Below, piece by piece: positions 23,809 to 36,838 of a DNA stretch of 64,000 nt. This DNA is from Octopus sinensis. Taxonomy: Eukaryota. The stretch lies in the NCBI RefSeq assembly GCF_006345805.1, contig NC_043022.1, positions 7,874,001 to 7,938,000 of the forward strand, given 5' to 3'. Position numbers and translations under genes: made by a program. The notes beneath the pieces were generated by a model. The model was given only the letters and a program-made list of their open reading frames with translations. It was not told the origin of the DNA and did no database searches. Position 1 is the stretch's first letter. The number at the start of each line of letters is the position of its first letter.

Positions 23809-24685
23809 TTTAAACACTGTAGACAGCCGGCAGGAAGCTGTGTTAATCTATGACAGCCTTTCATTTGGTTTGTGGTAGGCCCTGTGTGAACTCTAAATTT
23901 GCCATTACTTCTGAGAAATTTACAATGGTAAAATTGGTCTTTGTAGTAACCTTAAGCTTGAAAGAGTTAAGCATGTAGATCAGGTCTTTCCTAAGCTTGT
24001 CTGAGGAGTTGCTTCCCAACCACATAGTTTTAGGTTTAGTTCTGCTGTATGACACCTTGGGCAAGTGCCTTCTACTATAGCCTTTGACTGACCAAAGCCT
24101 TGTGAGTGGATTTGGTAGATAGAAACTGAAAAGAAGCCCATTGTATGTGTGTGTGTTGGTATATCTTTGTGTCTGTGTTTGTTCTTCACTCCTGTTTGAG
24201 AACCAGCGTTGATGTGTTTATGTCCCTGTAAGTTTGTGGCTTGGCAAAAGAGACTGATAGAATATGTACCCAGCTTAAAAAAATAAATACTGGGGTCGAT
24301 TTATTTCACCAAAAAATCTTTAAGGCAGTGCCTCAGGATGGCCATAGTGTAATGACAGAAACATGTAAAAATATAGAAGATAAATATAGGCTTTAGTGGG
24401 TTGTCAAGAATTTCCAGTCAGTAGTGTCTAATATCAAGAAGCATATGAGGTTGTAGATATCTGCACTTTCAGATGGTCTTATCATCGCATTGAAGGAACC
24501 TTTTTTGGTCTGCTTGTCTGAAATACTGGAACTGTAACCACCATCCTTGTTATTGTTGCTTTTAATGTAATTATTTTGGTCGTGCCTACTTGGATATTGG
24601 AATAATGACCTTGAACTTCTATGGTCTGTCTGTTTGTTTGTTTGACTCCTACTTCCTTGTGCCACTGTTCTTGGTAATTTGTATA

Positions 24686-24719
<34 letters not shown>

Positions 24720-24724
<5 letters not shown>

Positions 24725-24908
24725 AGATCGTTAGCCACTACACACATTTTTTTTCTCTCCTTGTTTTTTTCTGTGTCCCTTTCTGTAGAAGAGCATAGGC
24801 TCGAAACGTAAAAGACTTTTTCTATTCCTGAGCGTTATACTAATCCATCTGTTTGTTATGTACACCACCTGTCTTCGTCTTTTGTTTTTTTTCGTAAACT
24901 CTCCCTAT
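24720..24908 (+). mobile_element. Family H hammerhead-like short element (copy 2)
   Basis: CTTT-CTGTAGA-A-GAGC-ATAG-GCTC-GAAACGTA-AAAG at about 24779-24814. Confidence 0.8.
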
Positions 24909-24909
24909 A

Positions 24910-25315
24910 TATACTCTTTACTCTTTTACTTGTTTCAGTCATTTGACTGTGGCCATGCTGGAGCACTGCCTTTTGTCGAGCAAATCAACCCCAGGATTTA
25001 TTCTTTGTAAGCCTAGTACTTATTCTATTGGTTTCTTTTGCCGAACCGCTAAGTTACGGGGACGTAAACACACCAGCATCGGTTGTCAAGCGATGTTGGG
25101 AGGGGGGGACAAACACAGACACAAAAATATACTCACATACACACATAAACATATATATGACGGGCTTCTTTCAGTTTCCGTCTACCAAGTCCACTCACAA
25201 GGCTCTGGTCAGCCCGAGGCTAAAGTAGAAGACACTTGCCCAAGGTGCCACACAGTGGGACTGAACCCGGAACCATGTGGTTCGTAAGCAAGCTACTTAC
25301 CACACAGCCACTCCT
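24910..25315 (-). mobile_element. SINE family B, near complete
   Basis: Reverse match to 59364-59795; abuts the 5' end of the PLE fragment. Confidence 0.9.
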
Positions 25316-26419
25316 ATTAATAGCCATAAATACCAGAGTGTCATGTTCGTTGACACCACCCCTGGATGTGAACTGGCGTACCGCTTTAGAAGGACCCTAG
25401 ACAAACTTAAGCTAAGAATTAAGGTTGTTGAAAAGCCAGGCAACCCTATCAAATCTATAATTGGTAGAACCTATCCTTTTAGTAGAATCCCCTGTACGGA
25501 TAAGTACTGTACTGTATGTAGATTTGGCCCACAAACAAACTGTAAAGCCAGAAATGTAGTCTATAGTATAAGATGTATAGAGAGATGATGCAGTAACAAG
25601 ACAACGACATACGTAGGGGAAACGGCAAGAAGAATAGGAGAGCGGGTAAACGAACATTGGAGACAACTCAAGGAAGGTAAAAGCTCATCGATTCTGTACC
25701 AACACGCTGAACAGGAACACGGGGGATCAATCAATAACATAGAAATTAAAATATTGTCCACACATAGAACAGATGCAACAATTAGACAAATTACAGAAGC
25801 TACACACATAATAGAAAATAAACCTAGCCTGAATAGAAAACTAGAATAGAGCACTAACACACACCACAACATATGACGATAGAGGATCCTGAAAACATAC
25901 ACAGATAAATAAACTAATACACACATAAATAAACTAATAAAAACATATATATATATATATATATATATATTTTTTTTCGATTTGATTTATTATTATCATT
26001 ACTAGTATTGTTGTTATACATACATACATACATACAAGCATATGTAATGATAATAATAAGTGGATGTAAACACATGAACAAAATAAGAATAAACAAAAAC
26101 AACAAAAACAAAATACAAATTACATGAACATATAAAACAGAAGATACAAATATTACGGCATCCCCCCACATACACCACTAAATAACATAGACGCACATAG
26201 AGATATAAGCATGCGCAAATGAAGACATACAATAGAAATACAAAATAGCTGATGTTAGTAAGGAAGACACAAATAAGAAAGAAAAAACAAGGACCACTGA
26301 TGCGGTCACAGGAGTGTGACGAAAGAACTCTGGCCGAAATAAGATTAAGATTAATGTAAAAAATACATAACACTGAAGCAAAATAACACCAAACTGGCAA
26401 TATAACCATTCCAAAATAT

Positions 26420-26425
<6 letters not shown>
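25316..26425 (+). mobile_element. 5'-truncated Penelope-like element (Neptune-like): Cys-rich linker, GIY-YIG, and 3' tail with hammerhead-like motif
   Basis: One frame reads PCTDKYCTVC...CKARNVVYSIRCIER*CSNKTTTYVGETARRIGERVNEH...YQHAEQEH...RQITEA..I....PSLNRKLE, stop at 25847-25849; single in-frame TGA at 25586-25588. Confidence 0.9.
26291..26335 (+). ncRNA. Minimal type I hammerhead-ribozyme-like motif (degenerate)
   Basis: GGACCA-CTGATGC-G-GTCACA-GGAG-TGTGAC-GAAA-G-AA-CTC-TGGCC: perfect 6-bp stem II and plausible stem I; core A9 replaced by C. Confidence 0.6.
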
Positions 26426-26464
<39 letters not shown>

Positions 26465-27569
26465 AAGGATTTTAAGAACTATATGGATTAATGGTAATAA
26501 AATATCAAATCATTGTAATGCTGTGAAGAAAGAAGTTGGGATTAAAATCCCAGCTGTGTATCACAGTAATTTTGACTGCATTTGTGTTGGGGATAAATGA
26601 TACAGAAGGAAAGAAAGGGAAGACAAAGCAAGATAAAGAAAATTTCAAGCAACGTTCACAAAATATGTTGAAATCTGGCAAACTAAAGTTGATTGATAAC
26701 TTGAAAATTTTAACAAAATGACTAAAATGAATTAAAAAACAATCAGAAAATAATTATAACTTTCCGTGAAATAGTTTCTTCATACAGAGAATTGTCAAAC
26801 AAGTGAAGATGATGAGGAAAAAAAAAAATATATATATATGATAAAAATACAAAGAAAAATATAAGTATCACACTAACTTTGAAAGTGGTTTAATTAGAAC
26901 TTAGATGTAAAAGTAAAAATGTGTACAAGTGCAACAGGATAACACATTATCATTATATTTATTATTATTATTGTATTATTATTATTATTATTGCATTATC
27001 ATCATCATCATCATTATTATTATTATCATCATTATTATTATTATTATTATTATTATTAATTACTAAGAAGGAAGTAAACAAGTAAATAATCACAAGCTAA
27101 GTAACCAACATGTTATTTTAAAAAAGAAAAAAAATATTTCTGCAAATTGACAATGCAAATTTTCATAATTTTAATATAATAAAATGAAATTATGTATGAT
27201 AATATTTAAAATATCTCTAATATAATATGTTAAGATAAAAAAAAAAGCAATAGTTTCTGTAATACAGTTCGTGAGTAGATTCATGAAGCAGTAACTGAAA
27301 GCAAACAAACTAGTTACCCATTCAAATAGCTTTGAGAGAAATTTGAACCTGTAAAAAGGTTTATTTCTGCAGTTTGCCATGGAGATAAAAAAAAAAATTC
27401 TTGCTTAAGACAAAATGGTGAGAAGCTGCCCTGAAATGCCTTCCACAGGTTCAAATATTTCTCAGATATGTTTGAGCTGTGTTATTTAAACACCAGAAGC
27501 TGTGATTTTTCATCCTGGAGAAATCCCTTTTAAAATGTAGTGTTTAAAAATTTCCAAATAAGGCAAGGC

Positions 27570-27880
27570 TGTGTGTAAGATGTTTGCCATCCAACTACAT
27601 GGTTCCCAGTTCGGTCCCACTGTGTGGTACCTTGGGCACACACACACACATACATATATACATTTACATATGTGTGTGTGTCTTTGTGTCTGTGTTTGTC
27701 CTTCATCACCACTTGACAACCGGTGCTGGTATGTTTACAACCCTGTAACTTAACATTTCAGCAAAAGAGACCAGTAAAATAAGTACCATCCTTAAAAAAG
27801 TCTTTGGATCAATTTGGTCGACTAAAACCTTCTAAGGTGGTGACCCAACATGGCCACAGTCAAATGACTGAAACAAGTAA
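27570..27880 (+). mobile_element. SINE family B, internally deleted
   Basis: Head GGCTGTGTGTAAGA, GGTTCCCAGTTCGGTCCCACT, and end GGCCACAGTCAAATGACTGAAACAAGTAA. Confidence 0.8.
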
Positions 27881-28524
27881 AGGGTAAAAAACTTCAGAGC
27901 TAGATAAAACGAAATCACCCCAGAAATGATTACATGAGTGACAAGTAATGTATTTCACTGTAGTTGAGACTGATCAATGTCATGTACTCATGACACTTCC
28001 CAAACACTAAACATCTTTAAAGGAATTTTTCTCAGATAAGTTATGGCTTCTGGCATTTAAACAACACACATATATTAACAACATGGTATTGAAAATGCTT
28101 ACATTATAGAGCTGCATTCATTGTATAATTTTAATTTACACATGCACTGGTCTTAACTTTGTTTACAATACAATAGATATAATTAAAATATGAACGATTC
28201 AGAGAACATATAGAGATTACAATTATACTGTTTTATACCGTTGTTTGTTTAAGACTGTCATCTGATGATGGCTTAAATGGCTGAAACTTCAAAGTTACTG
28301 TCAATAATATTCTTGTTTAAGAATAATATATGTACGTGTGTGTGTATATATAAACATTACTTTGCATACTGAACACTGCTTGGTAAAATTATTAATTACT
28401 AATTAATTAATTAATTTTACCTTTTATTATTATTGACTATAATATATATAGATATATATATATATTATATGTATGTATGTATATGTATGTATGTATATAA
28501 TGTATGTATGTTATTATATGTATG

Positions 28525-28556
<32 letters not shown>

Positions 28557-28596
28557 TGTATGTATGATATATATGTATGTATGTATATATAGTATG

Positions 28597-28627
<31 letters not shown>

Positions 28628-28789
28628 GTATATATATGTATGTAATATATGTATATGTATATATATGTATATGTATATATATGTGTATGTATTATATGTA
28701 TGTATATATATGTATATGTAATTATATATATGTGTGTGTATTTATATCTATATATATATATATATAGATATATATAAAAACCACAAAAG

Positions 28790-30140
28790 AAACACGAGAC
28801 ATGCGTGACTGTGAAATATTTTTAATTTCATTATGTCAGAGATAAATTTTGATAAATCTGATAAAGTCGATTTCTTGGATGCATTTTGACCACAGTCTAT
28901 GGGTTGTTATCATGTGTTCTGGTAGTGGGCAGATCCAGCACATCAAGATTGTAGAGCATGACAAATTCAATACTGTGTATGCCCTCCCTGGGTGTTCAAA
29001 GCAGCCATACACCTTTGGTACATGGAATGCATGTGGTGGTTCACAAAAGCCATTGACACCTGTGCCCACACCCTGAGTAAAGCTGTCTCCAGTTCTGCAC
29101 GAGTTGTCGGCCTTGGGACCACCTTCTGTCTCTGGATTTCATCCCACAGGTGTTCAGTTGGGTTCAAATCTGGGCTGAGAACCAGCCACAGCTGGGTTCT
29201 GATGTTGTGCTGATGCAGAAAGTCTATGGTGACCTGGCCATATGGGAGGGAGCATTGTCCTGCTGGAACATGTGGCTATGGTGATGCACGAAGAAGGGCA
29301 TGATGTGAGGTTTTGGGATCTGGGGCATGATGTGAGGTTTTGGGATCTGGTCAATGTAGAGCTGCACTGTAATACCATTCTCTCTGCCTACAACAACAAT
29401 TTGCAACACACGGGACCCAATTCTCTGATTCAGGCCTATAGCACCCCAAACGATGATGCTTTGGCTACCCCACATCTCTCTCCATGACACATGCATCTCT
29501 GTAGTGTTCACCCCTCCTATGCCACACCCTCACTCTGCCATCTGAGGTGGAATCTCAGTACTGGCTCCCATGAGAGAAGATTATCAACAACCATTGTTGA
29601 TGCTGCCAATGTTGGTGCTGTGTAGCCTCCTGTAGTTGTGCCTGATGTTGGCAGGCGGTGAGGACAGGCCCTCGAGCAGGATGACGGTAGTGCAGGTTGT
29701 TGGCAGCCAGTCAATGTTGTACCGTGTTGTCACTGATGGGTCGCTGTCCAGTGCTAGTGGTCTCGTGAGCTGTCACACTGGCCAGTCTGAAGCAATCATG
29801 GAGGTATTGCAGATGGATGATGCGGTCCTTCCTGGGCATGGTCTCCCAGGGTGCCCTCTGTGGGCACAGTCTGTAGTGCTGTTGTATTGTATTGCTGTTG
29901 CAGATGATAGATGGTGCTGACATGGACATTGTAAGCTTTTGCAACAACCAGGACATGCTGCCCTGCCTGCAATTGGTTGATAGCTTGTTCTCTCTGCACT
30001 GCTGACAATCGGATCATACCTGATGTGTCCAAATTATGAATGCCAGGAATGCGGTTCAAGCTGATTTTTATACCCATAACCTTCATGAGATGAACATGCA
30101 TTTTGATTTTCAATGCAGTTATGCTTTGGCATCTCGTTTC
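28790..30140 (-). mobile_element. Tc1-family DNA transposon, decayed transposase
   Basis: MIRLSAVQREQAI..LQAG...VA..YNVHVSTI (start about 30047), IVWGAI, MFQQDNA, NPTEHLWDEIQR, SMYQRC.A....GGHTQY, stop at about 28967; first catalytic Asp deleted; TIRs eroded. Confidence 0.9.
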
Positions 30141-30544
30141 TGGGAAAGTTAGCCTTGGGCCAAACAAAGCCTTGTTAGTGGATTTAGTAGACAGCAACTG
30201 AAAGAAGCCTGTTGTATATGTATATATTTATGTGTGTGTCTTTGTATCTGTGATTGTCCACCCCCACCATTGCTTGACAACCAATGTTTGTTTGTTTATG
30301 TCCTAGTAAGTTAGTGGTTTGTCAAAAGAGAGTGATAGAATAAGTACCAGGCTCACAAAGGATAAGTCCTGGGGTCAATTTCTTCAACTAAAAGGTGGTG
30401 CTCCAGTATGGTCACAGTAAAATGACTAAAACAAATAAAAGAATATATATAATTATATATAATGTATGAATGTATGTATATTATATTATAATATATATAT
30501 ATAGATATATATATATGTATGAATATATATATATATGTGTATAT

Positions 30545-30575
<31 letters not shown>

Positions 30576-30643
30576 GTATATGTAATATCTATATATATAT
30601 ATATATTATATATATATATATTTTATATATATATCTATATATA

Positions 30644-30707
<64 letters not shown>

Positions 30708-30711
30708 TTAT

Positions 30712-30744
<33 letters not shown>

Positions 30745-30804
30745 GATAACAAAAACGAAATAACAAGAGAAGACCTCAATTATGTAATAGAGGAAATTTA
30801 TCTA

Positions 30805-30991
30805 TACAATAATATGTTACATTACTCGATAGTCAAGATAAAACTCTGAGTTTAATACCGTTATAACGGTATTTTTTCATAGCGTTTTCAAATAGCCGAT
30901 AAACCGAAGAGATGGTGTGGTGGATTTCCACTTCGGCATCTGAAACTCAGAGTTTTATCTTGACTATCGAGTAATGTACAATATTATTGTA

Positions 30992-30992
<1 letters not shown>
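30805..30992. repeat. Fold-back with about 50-bp arms, an internal perfect 20-bp palindrome and a degenerate hammerhead-like motif
   Basis: Arms 30805-30853/30943-30992 (one indel); AATACCGTTATAACGGTATT at 30854-30873; CCGAAGA-GATG...CATC-TGAAAC at 30904-30946. Confidence 0.85.
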
Positions 30993-31042
<50 letters not shown>

Positions 31043-31556
31043 TATATCATACATATATAAATTTCCTGTTCACCATGTAGCTTCTCTGTGTTTCATTTCA
31101 TCCCATTGCATTCAATTTCTCAACTCACCCACCATCACAACAACATGTTTCACATGTATGTATATTTGAACAAGTGTTTGTGCATGAGCGAAAGAGAGAG
31201 AGAGAGTGTGTGTGTGTGTGTTTGCAGCTGTGTGTCTCTGTGTATGTGTGTCTATGCCTGTGCACTGATCCATGTACTTCATTCACGCAAAGACAATAGC
31301 ATAAAACATATTCTTTGTGAAAAATATCACAGCTGAAAGTTAACATTACATCAAAATAAATTGTGATCAAACACAGAATTATCAGAAGAAATAGACTAGA
31401 AAATTCAATCAGATCCTCCCACAATAAACTCATATATATATATATATATACATTTATATATTTGTATGTATATGTGTGTATATATATATATACACACCAC
31501 GCACGCACAACACACACACCACACACACACACATACATATATATGTATATATTTAC

Positions 31557-31616
<60 letters not shown>

Positions 31617-31677
31617 TATATCAGAAATATTAAATTTCTAAATCTCACATAGAGATATGTATGGTGGTGGGGCGATA

Positions 31678-31940
31678 GAACTGTTGTATACTGTCAATCT
31701 AACATGAACGTGACAGTAGGGTGTTACACCACCGCTGTTTAGCCCTAGGAAGCATCAACGCTTCCTGATGGCTTTGACCTGGCTGCTGGGGGTATTTGTC
31801 TCCCCTTCGTAAATGTATATAAGGACACAGGAATAATGTGTCAAAGCCATCAGGAAGCGTCAATGCTTCCCAGGGCTAAACAGCAGTGGTGTAACCCCCT
31901 ACTGTCACGTTTATGTTAGATTGACAGTATACAACCGTTC
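31678..31940. mobile_element. MITE-like fold-back, about 100-bp arms, TA-flanked
   Basis: 31678-31778 is the reverse complement of 31841-31940 with few mismatches; TA on both sides. Confidence 0.8.
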
Positions 31941-32214
31941 TATATATATATACATATACATAACATATATATATATATATATAATATATATATATATAAT
32001 ATATATATATATGCTCACACATTACACACACACATATATATACACACACACACACATACACACACACATATATATATATATATGTACATATATATATATA
32101 CATATATTTACATATATGTATGTATATATATGTAAATTATATGTATATATATACATATGTATATATATATATGTAAATTATATTTATATATATATACATA
32201 TGCATTTTCCTGTG

Positions 32215-32892
32215 AGTGGAACAAAAAGCCATGAAATTTTGCCTTAAGCCTGGGAAGTCTGCTACAGAGAAATTGAGCATGTTTCAACAAGCTTACGGCA
32301 ATGAAGCAGTGGGTCATACTCAATGTTTCGAGGGCCACGGACGCTTCAGAAGTCGAAGAACATCCCATGGAAGATGATGAGTGATCTGGAAGACCTGAGA
32401 CAAGCGTCACTCCTGGAAAGGTGGAGAAAATTAATTGGTTTGTGATGAGGATTGTCAGAAGGCATTCAATGATGTTTTGAAGATTTTTGGGGAGGATATT
32501 TGGAGAAAGTGACCGGATCTGTGGAGTATGAATAATTGGGTTCTTCTTAACGATAGTGTACTCTATCACTGAACTCTCCTCATTCGTGAGTTCCTTGCCA
32601 AAAACAACATGGTATTATTGCTTCTACGCCCACCCTACTCACCAGATTTAGTACCTGCGGACTTCCATCTCTTACCCCTGTCGAAAAATGCAGTTCAAAG
32701 GTTGCTGATCCAGAGTGAATTGCAGAAGGTCCTTGACTCGCTTACAGAAAATGACCTCCAGGTCAGATTCCAGAAGTGACAGAAATGCTGTGCAAGGTAA
32801 CTAATTTGAAGGTGATGATATTAACACTTAGGTAAATAAGTTATTTTTTTCTCAGACATAACTTGTCTGGGAACTTTTTGATACCACCTAGT
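32215..32892 (+). mobile_element. Mariner-family transposon, internally deleted
   Basis: [15 protein letters not shown]...AYGNEA...CFE...RF...EDDE.SGRP, then PPYSPDL.PADF; right TIR GTCTGGGAACTTTTTGATACCACCTAG followed by TA. Confidence 0.85.
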
Positions 32893-34215
32893 ATGTCTAT
32901 GCATTTGTGTTTGTCATTCTGACTGCTTGAGACACCCAATGCTGGATTGTTTAAATGTCTGTAGCCTAGTGGTTCAATTAGAGAGACTGATAAAATAAGT
33001 TCCAGACAGACCGAAAAGAAAAATAAATGCTGGGGTTGATTTGTTTGATGATATTGTAAAGAATAATGCAAATGGCTAAAAAATGATTTTTAATTCTACA
33101 TTAAGTATAAAGTATTCTTACATACACAATCACAGACACACACACATACACATACATGTATATTTCAATTGTGGACAAAGAATGGTCAACAGACGTTAAA
33201 TGATGATGATGATCACACAACACACACACACATATATTGCAATTATTGAAGAAATAATGGTATTTTACAATTTTGGAGGAAAAAATGGCATATATATATA
33301 TGCATATATATATGCATATATATATATATATATATATATTTGTACGTACACACACACATTTACATATTTATGCATACATATATACATACATTCCTATATA
33401 TACAAACACTCACACATGCATCTATCTATCTATCTATCTATCAATCTGTCTATTCATGTGTAAATGTATGTATGTATGTACGTTAGTAGGTATATCTAAT
33501 ATTGTTCCTTTCTCATTGGTCCATTTTACTTTCAACCAATCACAACATTGGATTTACAAACAAGAAATGAAAAACAAAAACCAAGAAAAAAACACACAGA
33601 CATTAAAAATAAATTTAAAAACGGAAAAAAAACCCACAACCCCCTCCCTAAAAAAACAACAACAGTAACAACAATAACAATAAAAAACATTAGCGAACAA
33701 TAATACATACACACAATACAAAAACTAACAAAACGCACATACACATACATAGACATACACACATATATGCATATATATATATACACATTTATACGCATTA
33801 AGGTAAACAACCAATGAAAATAAATAAATCTACAATGTCAGATTGGAATATATCACTGTGAAACGGTAATGATTTCCTGCCCCCTTAGCACCATCAGTTC
33901 AATGATAGAAAACCATCACGAAAATGAAGCTAAAATGTTTTGACTTTGAAAAGGCTGGCATCAAAGAAATATGGACATAGGGAATCTATTATTTCAACTT
34001 CCTGTCGATAGCTATAAAAGCAGAGAAATATATATTACGTATATACATATGTTTATATATATAAATATATATACATACATGTATATATATATTATATATA
34101 TATATATATATATCTATATATTAACAATAAATAGAAAGAAAAATAGACAAATAGAGTAAAATAAACTTACTTGTATATATATATATATACCTCTCTCTCT
34201 CTCTCTCCCTCTCTC

Positions 34216-34267
<52 letters not shown>

Positions 34268-34386
34268 TCACATGTTTATGTAAGTATGTATATATATCTA
34301 TACATATATATCTATACTATATAACTATATCTATGTCTGTCTGTCTGTATGTATGTATATAGATAGATAGATATATTGATGCATAC

Positions 34387-34433
<47 letters not shown>

Positions 34434-34694
34434 GTATGTATCTCTATGTATGCATGCATGTGTGTGTATATAAATGAGAAAAAGTAGAGATGGACAAGTA
34501 GCAATGTTTTCCTAACAACTAAATAATTAAATATAATGGCATGTGTTGGCACTCAACCATGACTTCATATAGTGGAGAATGCACATACACACACACACAC
34601 ACCATGTATGTATGCATACATACATGTGTGTGTGTGTGTGTGTGTGTATGAGACTGTGTGTATATATATATATATATATTATATATATATATAT

Positions 34695-35856
34695 TGTTAC
34701 GAGGGGGGACCTCCGATTCGAACTGTTACGGAATCCCTCACACAGAGGCCCGTTCGATGCAGCGAATAAGCTACGGAAACTCGCCAGAGAGGAGAGAGAG
34801 ATACAACAACAACAGCAGCAGCAGCAACCGAAGAGATACAGAGGCAACCGAGAGGCACACAATGAGGCAAGGCACAACTGGCTTACATTTAACAACTAGT
34901 TTATATGACAATCACTTGTTACAACATCAATTACATTTAAAGATACATCAGGTAAATACAAGCAAGTAACAGAATCAACACATCATACAGGTATACCACA
35001 GATCAAGCATTTAAACATGCAAGTAACAATATAACCGTCCGGTAACAACATATCAAGGTCAATACATCAGCATTTCAAAGGTACAAGTCCGAAGACACAG
35101 TTCTATTTCAAAACACATCAACAAGTCATATACAGTTCAAAGGACATTACAGGCCTAACAGTTCAATGTTCATTAAACAATGTTCAAATCACAACACTGT
35201 ACACAATGTCTTTACACAATTCACATTGTTCTTTTCACTGTCTCATTTCTTTTCACTGTTCAGTACATCAATTCCTTGTCCTTCTTTTTCTTCACATATC
35301 AATACACAATTCACGTACCTTTAGTTCCTACTAGAATAGCCAGTGTCCCATATTGTAGTTCCTCTCTAACAGCTGCCTATTCCTCTATATATATCTCCCT
35401 CTGTCCCAATGCTCCAAAACCGCCGACTGCTTGCCTTGACTTCCAAAAACCGACTGCTCGCTTTGACGACCGAATACCAACTGTCTCAAAACCTCTTGCT
35501 CTATCACTCCCCTAAATCTGTCTCTACTGCTCATACTCTCTCTATCTGCTCTCAGGCCTATCTACCTATCTCTATCGGCGCTGCTGCTGTCATTCTCTCA
35601 TGACAGCTCTCAGATCCCTTACTCTGTCTTTCTCACTACTTTCTTCCTCCTCCTCCTTACTGTCACTAGATTCTTCCTTACTCTATCTTCCTCGGCCCTC
35701 ACATCTCTCTGACCCCCAATCGACCGGCACAAGGCCAAAGGTCCCTCCAAAAGCCATTACTCTTCCAGTAAACAAAGGGCTGTAACTTTTTATTCCAGGC
35801 TTTCCGTCTACACTCTCAACAAAGTAGGTCAAGAAATACTGTACTAGCCGAACCAT

Positions 35857-35860
<4 letters not shown>
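34695..35860. mobile_element. Probable solo LTR (Gypsy-like) inserted in (TA)n
   Basis: Begins TGTTA and ends TAACA, 1166 bp, ATAT on both flanks; no internal gag/pol; composition distinct from the flanks. Confidence 0.7.
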
Positions 35861-35901
<41 letters not shown>

Positions 35902-36219
35902 CATACAGAAAATGAGATGATAAAGGAATAAATGATTATCTTATGAACTTCATTGGCTTACAACTGTTTCTGCTATTAGATGCAGTGGATTCATAGTTGA
36001 GTGTCTGAGTAACACCCTATAGCTTCATTTAAGAATGCACAAAAGCCATTAGTTTCACTTCAACATTTAAATCTAATTTGTGTCAAAATATTTTCATCTC
36101 TTTAAAGCCACAACCTGTTCACTGACAAAACTTCATGCTGCACTTTCTAAACTTTTTTTGTACTTTCTGCTTTTTTCCCATTGTCGTTTCTACCCACTCT
36201 GGTTGTTCTTCCATGATGG

Positions 36220-36388
36220 ATCGCTAGCCACTACACATTCTTTATTTTCTCTCCTTGTTTCTTTCTGTGGAAGAGCGTAGGCTCAAAATGTTAAAGACTT
36301 TTTCACTTCCTGAGTGTTATACTAATACATCTGTTTGTTGTCTACACCACCTGTTTTCGTCTTTTGTTTTTTTTTTGTGAGTTCTCCA
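36220..36388 (+). mobile_element. Family H hammerhead-like short element (copy 3)
   Basis: TCTTT-CTGTGGA-A-GAGC-GTAG-GCTC-AAAATGTT-AAAGA. Confidence 0.8.
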
Positions 36389-36754
36389 GCTTCGTCTCTA
36401 GTCGAAAGACGCCTGTTTTTATGTCCTGTTATTATTATCATTTTTTCGTTTATATTCATATTATTTTTTGTTTTTTTTTGTATTTATATTTGTGTAACAT
36501 CGTCCGTTTTTCTGTCCTTGTTTTGTACACATTCAATCCTTTTTCTGAGGAATCTAATGCTCTTAGCTTAGTTTTTCCTTGGGGCTGGCCAGATTGGAGC
36601 AATTTCAAGATTAATCAGCTGAAATTGCGAAGATGATCCGGTTCTTGACTGAAGATTAAAGGCTTTGAATGACCCATCCGTGTTTTTTGTATCGTCTATT
36701 TGGATGTTTTGCGTTCTTGTCCCATTTTGTATTTTTTATATCTATATCTATCTA

Positions 36755-36838
<84 letters not shown>

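Noticed and set aside
25850-26300. SECIS-like ATGA after the GIY-YIG stop
   Set aside because: No 11-14-bp upper stem or matching GA on the 3' side could be folded by eye.
26536-26721. ORF resembling a signal peptide plus basic peptide
   Set aside because: It starts at TTG, is short and AT-rich, and has no recognisable homology or splice support.
28255-28300. CTGATGA...GAAAC motif
   Set aside because: Core words are present but stems I and II do not pair convincingly; at most a heavily decayed PLE tail. The same holds for about 13268-13355.
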